Shown: positions 38,615-50,786 of the stretch, one piece after another
Layout of the letters: every line of letters starts with the position of its first letter
Position numbering within the stretch: the stretch's first letter is position 1
Origin: an uncultured bacterium
GTDB taxonomy: Bacteria; Planctomycetota; UBA1135; GCA-002686595
Assembly: GCA_943787795.1 (NCBI GenBank)
Contig: CALSNU010000001.1
Location: 384,001 to 448,000 of the forward strand
Length of the DNA: 64,000 nt
Reading direction: 5' to 3'
The notes under the pieces: model-generated
Seen by the model: the letters and a program-made list of their open reading frames with translations, nothing else
Databases searched by the model: none
Told to the model about the DNA's origin: nothing
Translations under genes and position numbers: made by a program

Positions 38615-39681
38615 GAGCGCACCTGGCCGGGGCCCTCGGCCTCAAGGAGTTCATCGGCGGCGGACACGAGCAGTTCGGGCGTGATGCGAGTCATGCAGCG
38701 GTGGTCGGTCGGGCAGACCGGGTGATTGCAAGGGCGGCAGTGCACGTCCGCCATGAGGACGCGTTGTCGCTTCAGTTGGTGGCGCGTGTGGCCGTCCGCG
38801 ATTGGGCCGACCGCGACGACGACGGGGAGCCCCAGGGCCACGGCCATGCTCCGGGGCCCCGTATCGTTGGAGACTACCAGTTGAGAACGTTCGAGGAGCG
38901 CTGCGAGTTGGGGCAGGTCCAGCACTGGCTCGGCGAGGACGAGAATATCGTGCTTGGCGAGGGAGGCGACCTCTCGTGCGAGCGCCTCTTCGCCTGGCCC
39001 CGGCGCGATGACGGCGCGCCATCCATGGCGCTCGAAGAGCGCGTCGCAGGACGCGGCGAAGTGTGCAGGGGGCCACATCTTCGAAGAGCCAAAGGCCGCG
39101 CCGACGACGACCGTACACACCGGGTCCTCGGCAGCCATGCCTTCGGCCTGCAGGCGCCTGTCCACCGCCGCGCGGGCCTCCCGGGGTACGGCGAGGTCCA
39201 TGTGTGATCCGTCGTCGGCGACCCCAAGGGCGCGGGTCACGCGCAGGTAGCGCTCGACCATGGAGAAGGCGAGGGGCTTGCCGCCGAGGTCCATCGGCCG
39301 GGTCAGGCGGTGGGTGAGCATGGCCCTGCGCAGCAGGCCGCGGCCGTAGCCTGCGCGGACGGGGATCCTGGCCATCAAGGCGGGCGCCGCTGCCCGCTCG
39401 GACTCGCCCAGGAGCACGGCCCAGTCGAAGCGTCTCTGCGCCAGCCAGCGGCCGTGGCGCAGGAGGTCGGTCGGCCGTCGTCCGGGGTCCTGGATGAACC
39501 CGTCGACGCTCTCCAGCGCGGTGACCAGCCCGCGCTGGGACCCCTTACCCTCCACGGTGATCTCGGCCTGCGGATGCGCCGCCCGGAGCGCGCGCAGGGC
39601 CGGCGTGCACATGACCACATCGCCGACCCAGTTCGGGAGGCGGACGTAGATCCGGGAGGGGGGGGGCGGCGCGGCGGACAT
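38611..39681 (-). CDS. glycosyltransferase family 9, LPS heptosyltransferase II (WaaF)-like
   Basis: PNWVGDVVM, GAAFGSSKMWP, SNDTGP, C-terminal CRPC..CPTDHRCM. Confidence 0.92.
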   Translation of the reverse strand: MSAAPPPPSRIYVRLPNWVGDVVMCTPALRALRAAHPQAEITVEGKGSQRGLVTALESVDGFIQDPGRRPTDLLRHGRWLAQRRFDWAVLLGESERAAAPALMARIPVRAGYGRGLLRRAMLTHRLTRPMDLGGKPLAFSMVERYLRVTRALGVADDGSHMDLAVPREARAAVDRRLQAEGMAAEDPVCTVVVGAAFGSSKMWPPAHFAASCDALFERHGWRAVIAPGPGEEALAREVASLAKHDILVLAEPVLDLPQLAALLERSQLVVSNDTGPRSMAVALGLPVVVAVGPIADGHTRHQLKRQRVLMADVHCRPCNHPVCPTDHRCMTRITPELLVSAADELLEAEGPGQVRS

Positions 39682-39763
39682 CGGCGCGGATTGTCCGGCG
39701 AGGTGGCGGGGCCCGTCGAGTCTGAAGCGGGGGATCCAGGGCTCCGCCGCGCAGCGGAGGGCG

Positions 39764-40981
39764 CTAGAGGAAGTAGTCGGCGTTCTCCGCGCCGACCTCC
39801 ACGGGGTCCGCGCCGTCCTTGACCATGCCCTCGATCCACCAGTTCACGTCGTGGTAGAGGCAGGTGACGTTGCGGCACTCATGGCTCGCATCGAAGCGGT
39901 CGAGGAGGCCCGCGACCGCCTCTCCGGTGGCGGCGGCGTTTTCCTCGCTGGCGTAGGCCGGCTTCTCTCCAACGCGCGCCTTGTCCACGCCGCGGTGCGC
40001 GGGGCAGTTGTAGACGCCCATGGGCGTCAGGACCTGACGCAGGGCCTGCATGTGGCAGGTCGCCGGCTGCCGGGTCGAGTTCCGCCAGGAGCCATCCTCG
40101 AGCATGCGCAGGTTGACGCTCTCGTACACGTCAAAGGACCCGCTCGTCAGCTCCTTGGCCTTCTCGACCTCGCCGCGGATGCGGACCGCGACCTCCTGCT
40201 CCGCCGCGGCGGCCTTGGTCGGGTCCATCACCTCGGCGCCGTCCTGCTGGCGCTCGAGGATCGGCTTGAAGGAGATGTAGTCGAAGCCCGCCTCCGAGGC
40301 GCGCTCGGCGGCGAGGACGATCTCGTGGATGTTCTCGTGCAGCGGCGTCTCGTCGCGCGTCGCCCCCTGCCAGACGATGATGTAGCTGAAGCCCAGGCGG
40401 GGCGCGGGATTCGCGGCCTTGATGCGCGGGACCCACTCGCAGATGGCGTCCAGGGTGACCTTGCTCGACGTCGGCTTGTGCATGGCCGCGAAGAGCTCGT
40501 TCGACCCGGAGTCCAGGGACATGCGGATCCAGTCGCGCTCGTCCAGGAACCCCACGACGTCCATGAGCCGGTCGCCGCGGCTCCCGTTGGTGACGATGGC
40601 CACCTGCAGGCCGAGGTCCTTCAGGAAGTCGACGAACCCCACGAAGCCCGGATACAGGGTCGGCTCTCCGCCGCCGATGAGGATGACGGACTTGAGCCCG
40701 CGCTCGCGCATGAGCTCGATCGACGCTCGCAGCTCGTCCTCTGCGAGGCGGTGCTTGGTGTTGAGCACGTCCCAGTCGATGCAGTGGGTGCAGCGATAGT
40801 TGCACGCCACGGTCAGGTCCAGATTGATGGACACCGGCGCGATGGGCGGCATGGGCGGGGCGGGAGCGTCGTCGGCGCGCGCGGCCTCGACGGCACGCCG
40901 CCACTCAACGTAGGCCTGGAGCGTCGGCGCCACCGAGGGCTGCCGGAGCTTGGCGGAGAAGTCGTGGATGGCGTGCTTCAT
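39764..40981 (-). CDS. radical SAM enzyme with Twitch/SPASM-like C-terminal Cys domain
   Basis: CNYRCTHC, GGGEPTL, VTNG, RMSLDS; C-terminal C..MGVYNC..C....C. Confidence 0.9.
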   Translation of the reverse strand: MKHAIHDFSAKLRQPSVAPTLQAYVEWRRAVEAARADDAPAPPMPPIAPVSINLDLTVACNYRCTHCIDWDVLNTKHRLAEDELRASIELMRERGLKSVILIGGGEPTLYPGFVGFVDFLKDLGLQVAIVTNGSRGDRLMDVVGFLDERDWIRMSLDSGSNELFAAMHKPTSSKVTLDAICEWVPRIKAANPAPRLGFSYIIVWQGATRDETPLHENIHEIVLAAERASEAGFDYISFKPILERQQDGAEVMDPTKAAAAEQEVAVRIRGEVEKAKELTSGSFDVYESVNLRMLEDGSWRNSTRQPATCHMQALRQVLTPMGVYNCPAHRGVDKARVGEKPAYASEENAAATGEAVAGLLDRFDASHECRNVTCLYHDVNWWIEGMVKDGADPVEVGAENADYFL

Positions 40982-41071
40982 GGGCGAGCGTCGAGGGCGA
41001 GCGTCGAGGGCGATCATAGGGGGCCGCGGCGGTGCGGGCGCGGCAGCCCTGCGATTGTCGTCTCGAGTGGA

Positions 41072-42055
41072 TCAGGGCCGGACCGCGGCGTGCGCGGCGG
41101 CCGCGGCCTCCAGCATGGAGGCGCCGCGGGTGAGGTCCCCAGGGTGGGTCCAGGGGCACGGGGTACCGCGCTGCACCTGGTCCACAAAGGACGCGATGCG
41201 CGCGGTCAGCGGATCCGGCAGGGAGACCACAGTGTCCTCGGCCTGGAACCTGAGTGAGTAGTCCGCCGCGTCGATGAGCCGATCAGCGCGCCGTCCGTCC
41301 ACCGAGTACCACGCGGCCCTGGGCCCGGGCGCCGCCGTGCCGTCGAGGAGGACCTGGACCTTCATGATCCCGCGGGCGCCCTCGAGGAGCACGGAGACCT
41401 CCATCTGGCCTTCCGCGGCCGTGCTGAGCTCGACGGCGACCGTTCGCTCGAGGTCCGGGCGCATGGCCTGAGCGAGACTCAACGGGTGGGGGAGCGCATC
41501 GCCGATCATCTGCAGCCCCTCGGAGGCCGGCGAGAGGCCCATGACGAGGGAGCGGACGGTCTCGGCGCGCGGCCCCGTGGCGGCCGCGTGGGCGTCCAGG
41601 GTCCAGGGCCACTGGGCATTCAAGGCGAGGACACGCCCCGCCGCTCGAGAGCGCGCCTCCAGGTCGTTCGCGGTCTCACTCCAGCGTGGCTCGGTGCCCC
41701 AGAGGAACGGCTTCTCGCAGAGCACATGGCGACCCGCGGCGAGGGCGCGCTCCACGTGGTGGAGGTGGGTGCCGGCCGGACTGAGGACGCAGGCCAGCTG
41801 CAGGTCGGCGGCGTCGAACTCGTCGGGGTCTGTGGTCCAGCGTGGCGGGGGAGCACCGGTGGTCCTGGCCAGCTGCGCGCCCACCTGGTCAGCAGCGGCG
41901 CGGGCGGTTTCCTCCGTGGTGCCGAGCACCATGTAGACCTCGACGCCGCACGCGGAGAGGTCGCGTGCCACGAACGGTCCGAGGCCCTGGCGGACCCGTC
42001 GCGCGCCCACGATTCCGGCGCGCAGCGGCGTCCCGCTCCGAGGTCTCACGCTCAT
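41072..42055 (-). CDS. Gfo/Idh/MocA family oxidoreductase
   Basis: AGIVGA, VLSPAGTH, HVLCEKP, DALPHPLS; ATGA overlap with the NUDIX gene. Confidence 0.85.
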   Translation of the reverse strand: MSVRPRSGTPLRAGIVGARRVRQGLGPFVARDLSACGVEVYMVLGTTEETARAAADQVGAQLARTTGAPPPRWTTDPDEFDAADLQLACVLSPAGTHLHHVERALAAGRHVLCEKPFLWGTEPRWSETANDLEARSRAAGRVLALNAQWPWTLDAHAAATGPRAETVRSLVMGLSPASEGLQMIGDALPHPLSLAQAMRPDLERTVAVELSTAAEGQMEVSVLLEGARGIMKVQVLLDGTAAPGPRAAWYSVDGRRADRLIDAADYSLRFQAEDTVVSLPDPLTARIASFVDQVQRGTPCPWTHPGDLTRGASMLEAAAAAHAAVRP

Positions 42056-42765
42056 CGCCCGGGGAGGTCCTCGACGAAGGCATCGAGCGCGGGGATGTAC
42101 CCGAGGTGGTCGGCCAAGCGGAGGAGCGCTACCTCGGTCTTCATGTCGGGGACCCGGCCGTCCCGGCACATGGCGATGGCCTCGCCGAGGCCGACCAGGT
42201 GGACCCGGGACCACTCCTCCATGACGGTCCCGTCGCCGGTGGGCTCTTGGCGCTCCTCGAGGGGCGTCTCCACAGCGCAGAAGTAGAGCTTCTCGTCGGT
42301 GGTTCCCGGGCTGGCGAACGTCTCTCCGCCGAGCATGACGCAGGCCTCGGCCGGGACCTCGACGCCGGCCTCTTCGCGGGCCTCGATGACGGCGCGGGCC
42401 CGAAGTCCCCGGGGCCCGGGGGGGTCGCTGGACTCAACGAGCCCCGCCACCACCTCGAGGATGGAGACGTACTCGCGAGGGTCCGGATGAACGAACGCCT
42501 TGTGCTTGCGGAGGTAGACCGGGCCCCGGGGGGCCTCACGGAGGAGCACGCGGACACCGTCGGGAAGGCGCTCGTAGAGCACGGCCACCACGGCGTCGCT
42601 CCCGGGGCGCTCCAGGACGTCGCAGGGGTACGGCGAGGAGCTGCTTCCGTCCCCGTAGAGGTTCCGGAGCACGAGCCTGCGGAGCGTGAGGAAACCCTCA
42701 TCGCAGCGCGCGTTGGCTGTGCGGTCTTCCACCACCTCGAGCCCATGGAGTGCCTTGCTATCCAT
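42052..42765 (-). CDS. NUDIX hydrolase (ADP-ribose/NDP-sugar pyrophosphatase-like)
   Basis: LEVVAGLVE..EAREEAG Nudix box with insert, SPGTTDE, DMKT; TACCTT 7 nt before ATG 42765. Confidence 0.88.
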   Translation of the reverse strand: MDSKALHGLEVVEDRTANARCDEGFLTLRRLVLRNLYGDGSSSSPYPCDVLERPGSDAVVAVLYERLPDGVRVLLREAPRGPVYLRKHKAFVHPDPREYVSILEVVAGLVESSDPPGPRGLRARAVIEAREEAGVEVPAEACVMLGGETFASPGTTDEKLYFCAVETPLEERQEPTGDGTVMEEWSRVHLVGLGEAIAMCRDGRVPDMKTEVALLRLADHLGYIPALDAFVEDLPGR

Positions 42766-43213
42766 GTCGCCCAAGGTAGTCGCCCGCGGCGCATCGACCT
42801 ACCTCGACCCCTCGTTCCCGGGCGATCCTGGGGCGGGTCCTCGGGGTGGGTCCTCGGGGTGGTGATCCCCCTGCGGCCCCGGGTGGCCACGAGGGGACGA
42901 GCGCAGCTCACACGGAGCGATGATCGCCAGGGCAGGGCGGCCGTGCCTCCGGCCTGGAGTCCGGCGCTGCAGGCCGGCCGAATCCACGAGGGGCGGCCTG
43001 CGGCAATGGCCCGCGGTGAGAGCGCCCTGGGGCAGGGGGTGGCGGTCTGAGACGGCAGCGGGCAGTGAATCGGAGCGATCAGTCGTCGGAGCGAGGCGAT
43101 GAGTAGACTATGGACCTGCGAAGCCTGCGCCTCGCGGGCCCACTCACCGCGGCAGCCACTGCTGCTCCTCCCCCAGGCCGCCCTTCAGCCGACCTCCCAG
43201 CCGGCTCGATTCG

Positions 43214-46123
<2,910 letters not shown>

Positions 46124-46174
46124 TCCCCGCCCGGGCGGACAGCACCCCCGCGGGCGCTGCTCTCCCGGCGTCGG

Positions 46175-48331
46175 TCAGTCCACCCGCAGGTCGAAGGCCT
46201 CGACGAGGTCGTCGGAGGTGTAGTCGAAGCTCGCGCGGAGGGTCTCGCCGCGGAGCTCATTGATGCGCCCTCTCGAGTCACGCCGGATCCGCAGGGTGCC
46301 CGCGCTGAACTCGCCCCCGGGCGCGAGCCTGTAGGACGGGGCGGTCGGCCCGCCGTCGCTGAGGTACTCGGCGATCAGCAGCATCTGGTCGGCGCAGGCG
46401 GGGAAGCCGGCGTCGAAGCGCACCTTGGCGAACTCGACCATGAGCTCGCTGTCGGTGAACCACTGGTTGGCGAGGGTGGCGAAGGCCTCCTGGGGGGCCT
46501 TCAGGAAGAACTCCACGTTGCCCCGGACGTGGGACCGGTCGAAGCGCCGCGCCTCGTGGAAGTAGCGCGTCCACGCGGCGTCCCAGGTGTTCTCCTCTCC
46601 GTCCCACAGCTCGAGCTCGCGGAACCGGGCGCGGGTCGCGTCGCGGTCGTAGCCCCGGTTCACCTCCTCGTGGAAGACGATCGCGTCGCCGGCGGCCCGC
46701 TGGAGGCCCTGGAACTTGCGGCGAAAAAGGTCCGGCCGCCGTCTTCGGCCGACGGTGTCGAGCATGTTGTGGGCGACCTCGTGGGCGAGACAGATCAGGT
46801 AGACGTCGGTGACGCCGCGGCGTGGGGAGTCGGGGCCGAAGCTGTTCTCCCGGACGCCGAGGTCCATGGCGAAGATGTTCACGCCGCTGCGGCCCTTCAC
46901 CCCCGGGTTCTTGGCGCCCGGGCCGACCCAGTCCGCGACGCCGATGACCTCCACGTCCCACACGTCCTCGGGCATGGCGGAGAGGACCTCGTGCATGGCC
47001 TCGAGCTGCGCCTCGCTGGCTCGGGCGTTGTCCACGAACACCACGCCCAGGTCGACCAGGAGCCGTGCGTATCCCTCGGCCTCTCCGAGGGCGCGCGCGA
47101 CGGTCTGGCGGCCTCGCGCCGAGTCCGGCGCCGCGCCCTTCAGCACCACCGTGAACTGCCCGAAGAGCGGCGTCCCGAAGGGGTCCACGTCTGGATCACG
47201 CCGCGCCCGGCGCAGGCTGCCGGGGTGCTCCTTGGCGAGGGCCAGGAGCGAGCGCAGGAGCTCCCCGCGCGCGGCGTCGGTCAGGAAGCCGCGGCCGAGG
47301 TCGTTCTGGAGGGCGCGAAGGGCGCCGAAGACCTCGCCGCGCAGGGCCTCGTCGTCCCTGAGCGCGATGCCGAGCCGGTCCCCGTGGTCGGTGAGCGCGC
47401 GCTCGAGCCGCCCGATGTGGTCGGCGTGCCCAACGCCGCGCATCCACCAGACGGTCCCGTTCAGCCCGCCCGAGATGAGGTCGAGCACCCCGTCCCCATC
47501 CACGTCCGCGAGCTCGGGGGTGGTGTTGTCCTTGATGAGGTCGCGCAGGTTGACGGACTGGCCGGTGGCGACGTTCTCCATCAGCGTCTTCGGGCCGAAG
47601 GCCGGCGGCGCCCCGGCCTCGCGCTGCTCGAAGAGCGCCACGTAGCCCCAGTTGACGCCCATCAGCAGGTCGAGGTCCCCGTCCCCCTCGAGGTCCACGA
47701 GTCGCGGCGCGGAGTTGTAGGCATCGCCCAGCTGGCCGATGCGCTCGGGAGCCCGGAAGTAGGGCCCCTTCGTGGCCTGTTGCCCGAGGGGGATGCCCCT
47801 CATCCAGCGCAGCGCTCCACCGAACTCGCCGGTGACGATGTCCAGGGTGCCGTCCCCGTCCAGGTCGCCCACGTCGAAGCGCGCCCCGCAGCCCTGGGGC
47901 AGTCCGAACTGGAAGTCCTCGGCGTCGAAGCGCCAGGCGCCCCGCTCCCCGCGGTTGAGGTACACGTGCAGCCGCCCGGCCTGGGTGCCCACGAACAGGT
48001 CCTCCAGTCCGTCCCCGTCCATGTCTGCGACGGCGGCGCCCGTGGAGCGCTCACCCCACGCGGAGCGGCCGGCGGCCTCCACGGGCTCGGGCTCGGAGAG
48101 CGCGCCCTGCCGGTCGCCGCGGCACAGCCAGACCTTGCCGTCGCCGGCGGCGATCAGCAGGTCGCGGGTGCCGTCACCGTCCCAGTCCACGTGGCGCGGC
48201 GTGGTCTGGCCCTCGAGCTGGATGGGGGAGCCCCCGGCCGCCAGCCGGGCCGCTGGCTCGAACGACAGGGTGGCCCGGGGGGCGGCGGCGGACTGGGCGG
48301 CGAGGAGGACGGAGATGGTGAGCAGGGGCAT
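46175..48331 (-). CDS. exported FG-GAP repeat protein with C-terminal zinc-metallopeptidase-like domain
   Basis: Five DxDGDGxxD repeats; AHEVAH with downstream QEAFA. Confidence 0.82.
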   Translation of the reverse strand: MPLLTISVLLAAQSAAAPRATLSFEPAARLAAGGSPIQLEGQTTPRHVDWDGDGTRDLLIAAGDGKVWLCRGDRQGALSEPEPVEAAGRSAWGERSTGAAVADMDGDGLEDLFVGTQAGRLHVYLNRGERGAWRFDAEDFQFGLPQGCGARFDVGDLDGDGTLDIVTGEFGGALRWMRGIPLGQQATKGPYFRAPERIGQLGDAYNSAPRLVDLEGDGDLDLLMGVNWGYVALFEQREAGAPPAFGPKTLMENVATGQSVNLRDLIKDNTTPELADVDGDGVLDLISGGLNGTVWWMRGVGHADHIGRLERALTDHGDRLGIALRDDEALRGEVFGALRALQNDLGRGFLTDAARGELLRSLLALAKEHPGSLRRARRDPDVDPFGTPLFGQFTVVLKGAAPDSARGRQTVARALGEAEGYARLLVDLGVVFVDNARASEAQLEAMHEVLSAMPEDVWDVEVIGVADWVGPGAKNPGVKGRSGVNIFAMDLGVRENSFGPDSPRRGVTDVYLICLAHEVAHNMLDTVGRRRRPDLFRRKFQGLQRAAGDAIVFHEEVNRGYDRDATRARFRELELWDGEENTWDAAWTRYFHEARRFDRSHVRGNVEFFLKAPQEAFATLANQWFTDSELMVEFAKVRFDAGFPACADQMLLIAEYLSDGGPTAPSYRLAPGGEFSAGTLRIRRDSRGRINELRGETLRASFDYTSDDLVEAFDLRVD

Positions 48332-48379
48332 GGGGCGAGCTTCGCAAGGCGGCGGCCCACCTGCCACCCCCGCGCCCCA

Positions 48380-49651
48380 TCAGGATGCCGCGTCGCCCCC
48401 TGGAGCCCGCCCAGAGCGCGCCAGCAGCAGCGTCAGGAGCACGGCCGCGAGGAGCGTCGGCCCCACCAGCCGAACGAGCCAGGGTTCGTTGGACCAGAAC
48501 CCGGACTGCCTCTCGAAGGCGCCGAGCACCAGGGGCAGGAGGATCAGGAAGAGCGGGAGCGCCCGGACGAGGTCCTGCTCCCACTGCCGCTGGGCGACCC
48601 CGGGGACGGGCTCGCGCGACCGCCGGCTCGCGGCCGATCGGAGCGCGAGGACTCCCATGGCGACGGGGACGAGGTACCAGGAGAGGAACAGACCCCAGCC
48701 GAGGAGGCCGGCCAGGTCCTTGTAGGACGCGGAGCTCGACACCTCGCCCTGGATCATCGGGGAGGTGGGCTCGAGCATCAGCCCCAGCGCGGGGCCCAGG
48801 GCGAGGAGTCCCAGGGATGGGGAGGCGAGGGACGTGGCGGCCGTGGCCGGGCGCGCGCCCCCTCGGGAGCGTACGGCGAGCAGCAGCAGGCACAGGAGGG
48901 CCCAGCACGCCGAGGCGTGGAAGAGGGCGGCCATGGGGACGGTGACCCAGCGCGGCGGTGAGCCGAGGCCACGTTCGACCTGCCGATCGAGAATGTGGGA
49001 CCGGGTGCCCTTGGGGATGTACGGGATCATGAGCTCCGGGGTCGGGCCGCCGAAGCCGTACAGCACGACCTCCGCCATGGGGCGGATCGGGGCGACGTCG
49101 AGCCAGCCCTCATCGGGGGCGCCGCTCGCCACCTCCCACACCGTCACCGCGGCCTCGCGTCCCTCGGGGAAGATGTCCCGAGTGATGCCCGCATGGAGGC
49201 TGGGCAGCAGGCCCACCACCGCGAGCCCCGCAGCGACGCGCCAGGGAACGCTCGAGCGCGTGGTCCCGACGGGTGGGGCGGCGAGCGACCTCGCCAGCTC
49301 GGGGCCCGAGTAGGCGGCCAGGGCGAAGATCCCGAGCGTCGCCCACCAGCTGCTGTGGACCCAGCCCCGGTCGATCATGGGCCAGACGAGGTTCCACCCG
49401 ATCACGGCCAGCAGCAGCCACTCGTACCCGCGTTGGCTGAGGGCGAGCGTCGTGGCCCGCCCTCGCAGCCGGCCGAGGAAACCGTGGCGCAGCTCGACGC
49501 ATTCGTCCTGGAGCGCGTCGATGTCCCCGAACCGGCGCCGGGCCTCGGCCTGCGCCAGGTCGGGCTTCATGCCTTCGGCGATGAGCTGCTCGGCGAGCAG
49601 CTCCACGTGGAGCTCGAGCTCCTCTCGTACTTCCTGATCGTTCGAGCTCAT
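48380..49651 (-). CDS. polytopic membrane protein with N-terminal permease-prefix/HAAS-like helical domain
   Basis: EVREELELHVE..LIAEGM....A.AEARRRFGD, followed by many TM segments; ATGA overlap with padR. Confidence 0.82.
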   Translation of the reverse strand: MSSNDQEVREELELHVELLAEQLIAEGMKPDLAQAEARRRFGDIDALQDECVELRHGFLGRLRGRATTLALSQRGYEWLLLAVIGWNLVWPMIDRGWVHSSWWATLGIFALAAYSGPELARSLAAPPVGTTRSSVPWRVAAGLAVVGLLPSLHAGITRDIFPEGREAAVTVWEVASGAPDEGWLDVAPIRPMAEVVLYGFGGPTPELMIPYIPKGTRSHILDRQVERGLGSPPRWVTVPMAALFHASACWALLCLLLLAVRSRGGARPATAATSLASPSLGLLALGPALGLMLEPTSPMIQGEVSSSASYKDLAGLLGWGLFLSWYLVPVAMGVLALRSAASRRSREPVPGVAQRQWEQDLVRALPLFLILLPLVLGAFERQSGFWSNEPWLVRLVGPTLLAAVLLTLLLARSGRAPGGDAAS

Positions 49652-50016
49652 CGTGCACCTGCTCGGGTGAAGGCGGGGCAAGTGGGGAAGACGCAGCGCA
49701 GGACCAGGGCGATCGCGCCGGTCAGCTCACGCCAACGCTCGTTGCGCTCCACGAGCTCGCCCTGGCCGCGGGACGTGATGGAGTAGATCTTCGCGCGCCG
49801 TCCGGACTCGGCCTTCCCCCAGCTGGACGAGAGGTAGCCCGCTTGCTCGAGGCGGTGCATGGCCGGATAGAGGCTGCCCTCCTCGATGAGGATGGCGCCC
49901 TCCGAGCGCTGCTCGATCCACCGGGCGAGCGCGTAGCCGTGCTGCGGTGCGCGGCTGATCCCTCGCAGGATCAGGTGCTCAAGGGTGCCGCGAGGGAGCT
50001 TGTTTCTGGGGTCCAT
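49648..50016 (-). CDS. PadR family transcriptional regulator (acidobacterial type)
   Basis: LPRGTLEHLIL, HGYALA, IEEGSLYPAMHRLE, GRRAKIYSITSRG. Confidence 0.93.
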   Translation of the reverse strand: MDPRNKLPRGTLEHLILRGISRAPQHGYALARWIEQRSEGAILIEEGSLYPAMHRLEQAGYLSSSWGKAESGRRAKIYSITSRGQGELVERNERWRELTGAIALVLRCVFPTCPAFTRAGAR

Positions 50017-50099
50017 GGGGACTGGACGTGAGGGCGGGGCCGGGCCGGTCGGACGACGAGGTGGACGGGCCGCGCACGGCCCTCGTAGGCGGAGCGTGG

Positions 50100-50681
50100 T
50101 CAGGGGGCCGTCGTGGCCGCGGCGGCCTCCCAGCGGGCGCTGCCCCCGGCCTTGAAGGCGGCGGCGGCGAGGGCGAGGGCCACGCCGAAGAGTCGGAGCG
50201 AGCTCCCCCCGGAGAGCTGGCCCTCGAACTGTGGCGCGGCGGCCGCGAACTGCGTGGACGAGATCACCGGCCCCTCGGTGTGGTAGGTCGCCTCGTAAGT
50301 CTCCAGGTCGAGCGCTTGCGACGGCGAGTCGGCGTCCTCGAACTCGATGTCGGCGATCTCGAGGTTGATCGCGCTCAGCTGTCGCGTCCCGCCGATGGCG
50401 GTCACCAGTCCGACGAGGACGAGCGTGCAGGCCAGCTGCCCCGGTCGGCTCCTCTTGAACGCGGACCCGAGCCACACGAGGGCGGCGGCGAGGCTGACGA
50501 TGAGGCCCAGGGCAAGGACCTCGTCGGCCCTGGCGATCGCGTGTGCCACCTCGGAGGGGGCGACCATGCCGGCGCTCGCGGTGAGCTCCCGGTTGGCCGT
50601 CGAGATCGACAGGGACCGGAGGAAGGCCCCGACCGCGGCCGGGGCGATGACGAGGATGAGGGGGCGCAGATTGCGGGCCAT
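50100..50681 (-). CDS. membrane protein of unknown function (about 4 TM)
   Basis: 193-aa ORF with hydrophobic segments, co-oriented upstream of padR. Confidence 0.65.
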   Translation of the reverse strand: MARNLRPLILVIAPAAVGAFLRSLSISTANRELTASAGMVAPSEVAHAIARADEVLALGLIVSLAAALVWLGSAFKRSRPGQLACTLVLVGLVTAIGGTRQLSAINLEIADIEFEDADSPSQALDLETYEATYHTEGPVISSTQFAAAAPQFEGQLSGGSSLRLFGVALALAAAAFKAGGSARWEAAAATTAP

Positions 50682-50743
50682 GGGGAGGGGGGGGGATTTC
50701 GGCTCTCTGGGTGCGGAGCCGACGCCGCTGGTGTCGCGGCAGG

Positions 50744-50786
50744 ATGCCTAGTTCGACTAGGTGTAGCATGCCTAGGCGAACTAGGT
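50744..50786. promoter_or_regulatory. two tandem palindromic boxes ATG-CCTAG-N5-CTAGG-T, putative PadR operator
   Basis: CCTAGTTCGACTAGG at 50747-50761 and CCTAGGCGAACTAGG at 50771-50785. Confidence 0.7.

Noticed and set aside
42780..43213. Glycine riboswitch upstream of gcvP
   Set aside because: The conserved GGAGA, CCGAAG and CTCTCAGG elements were not found.
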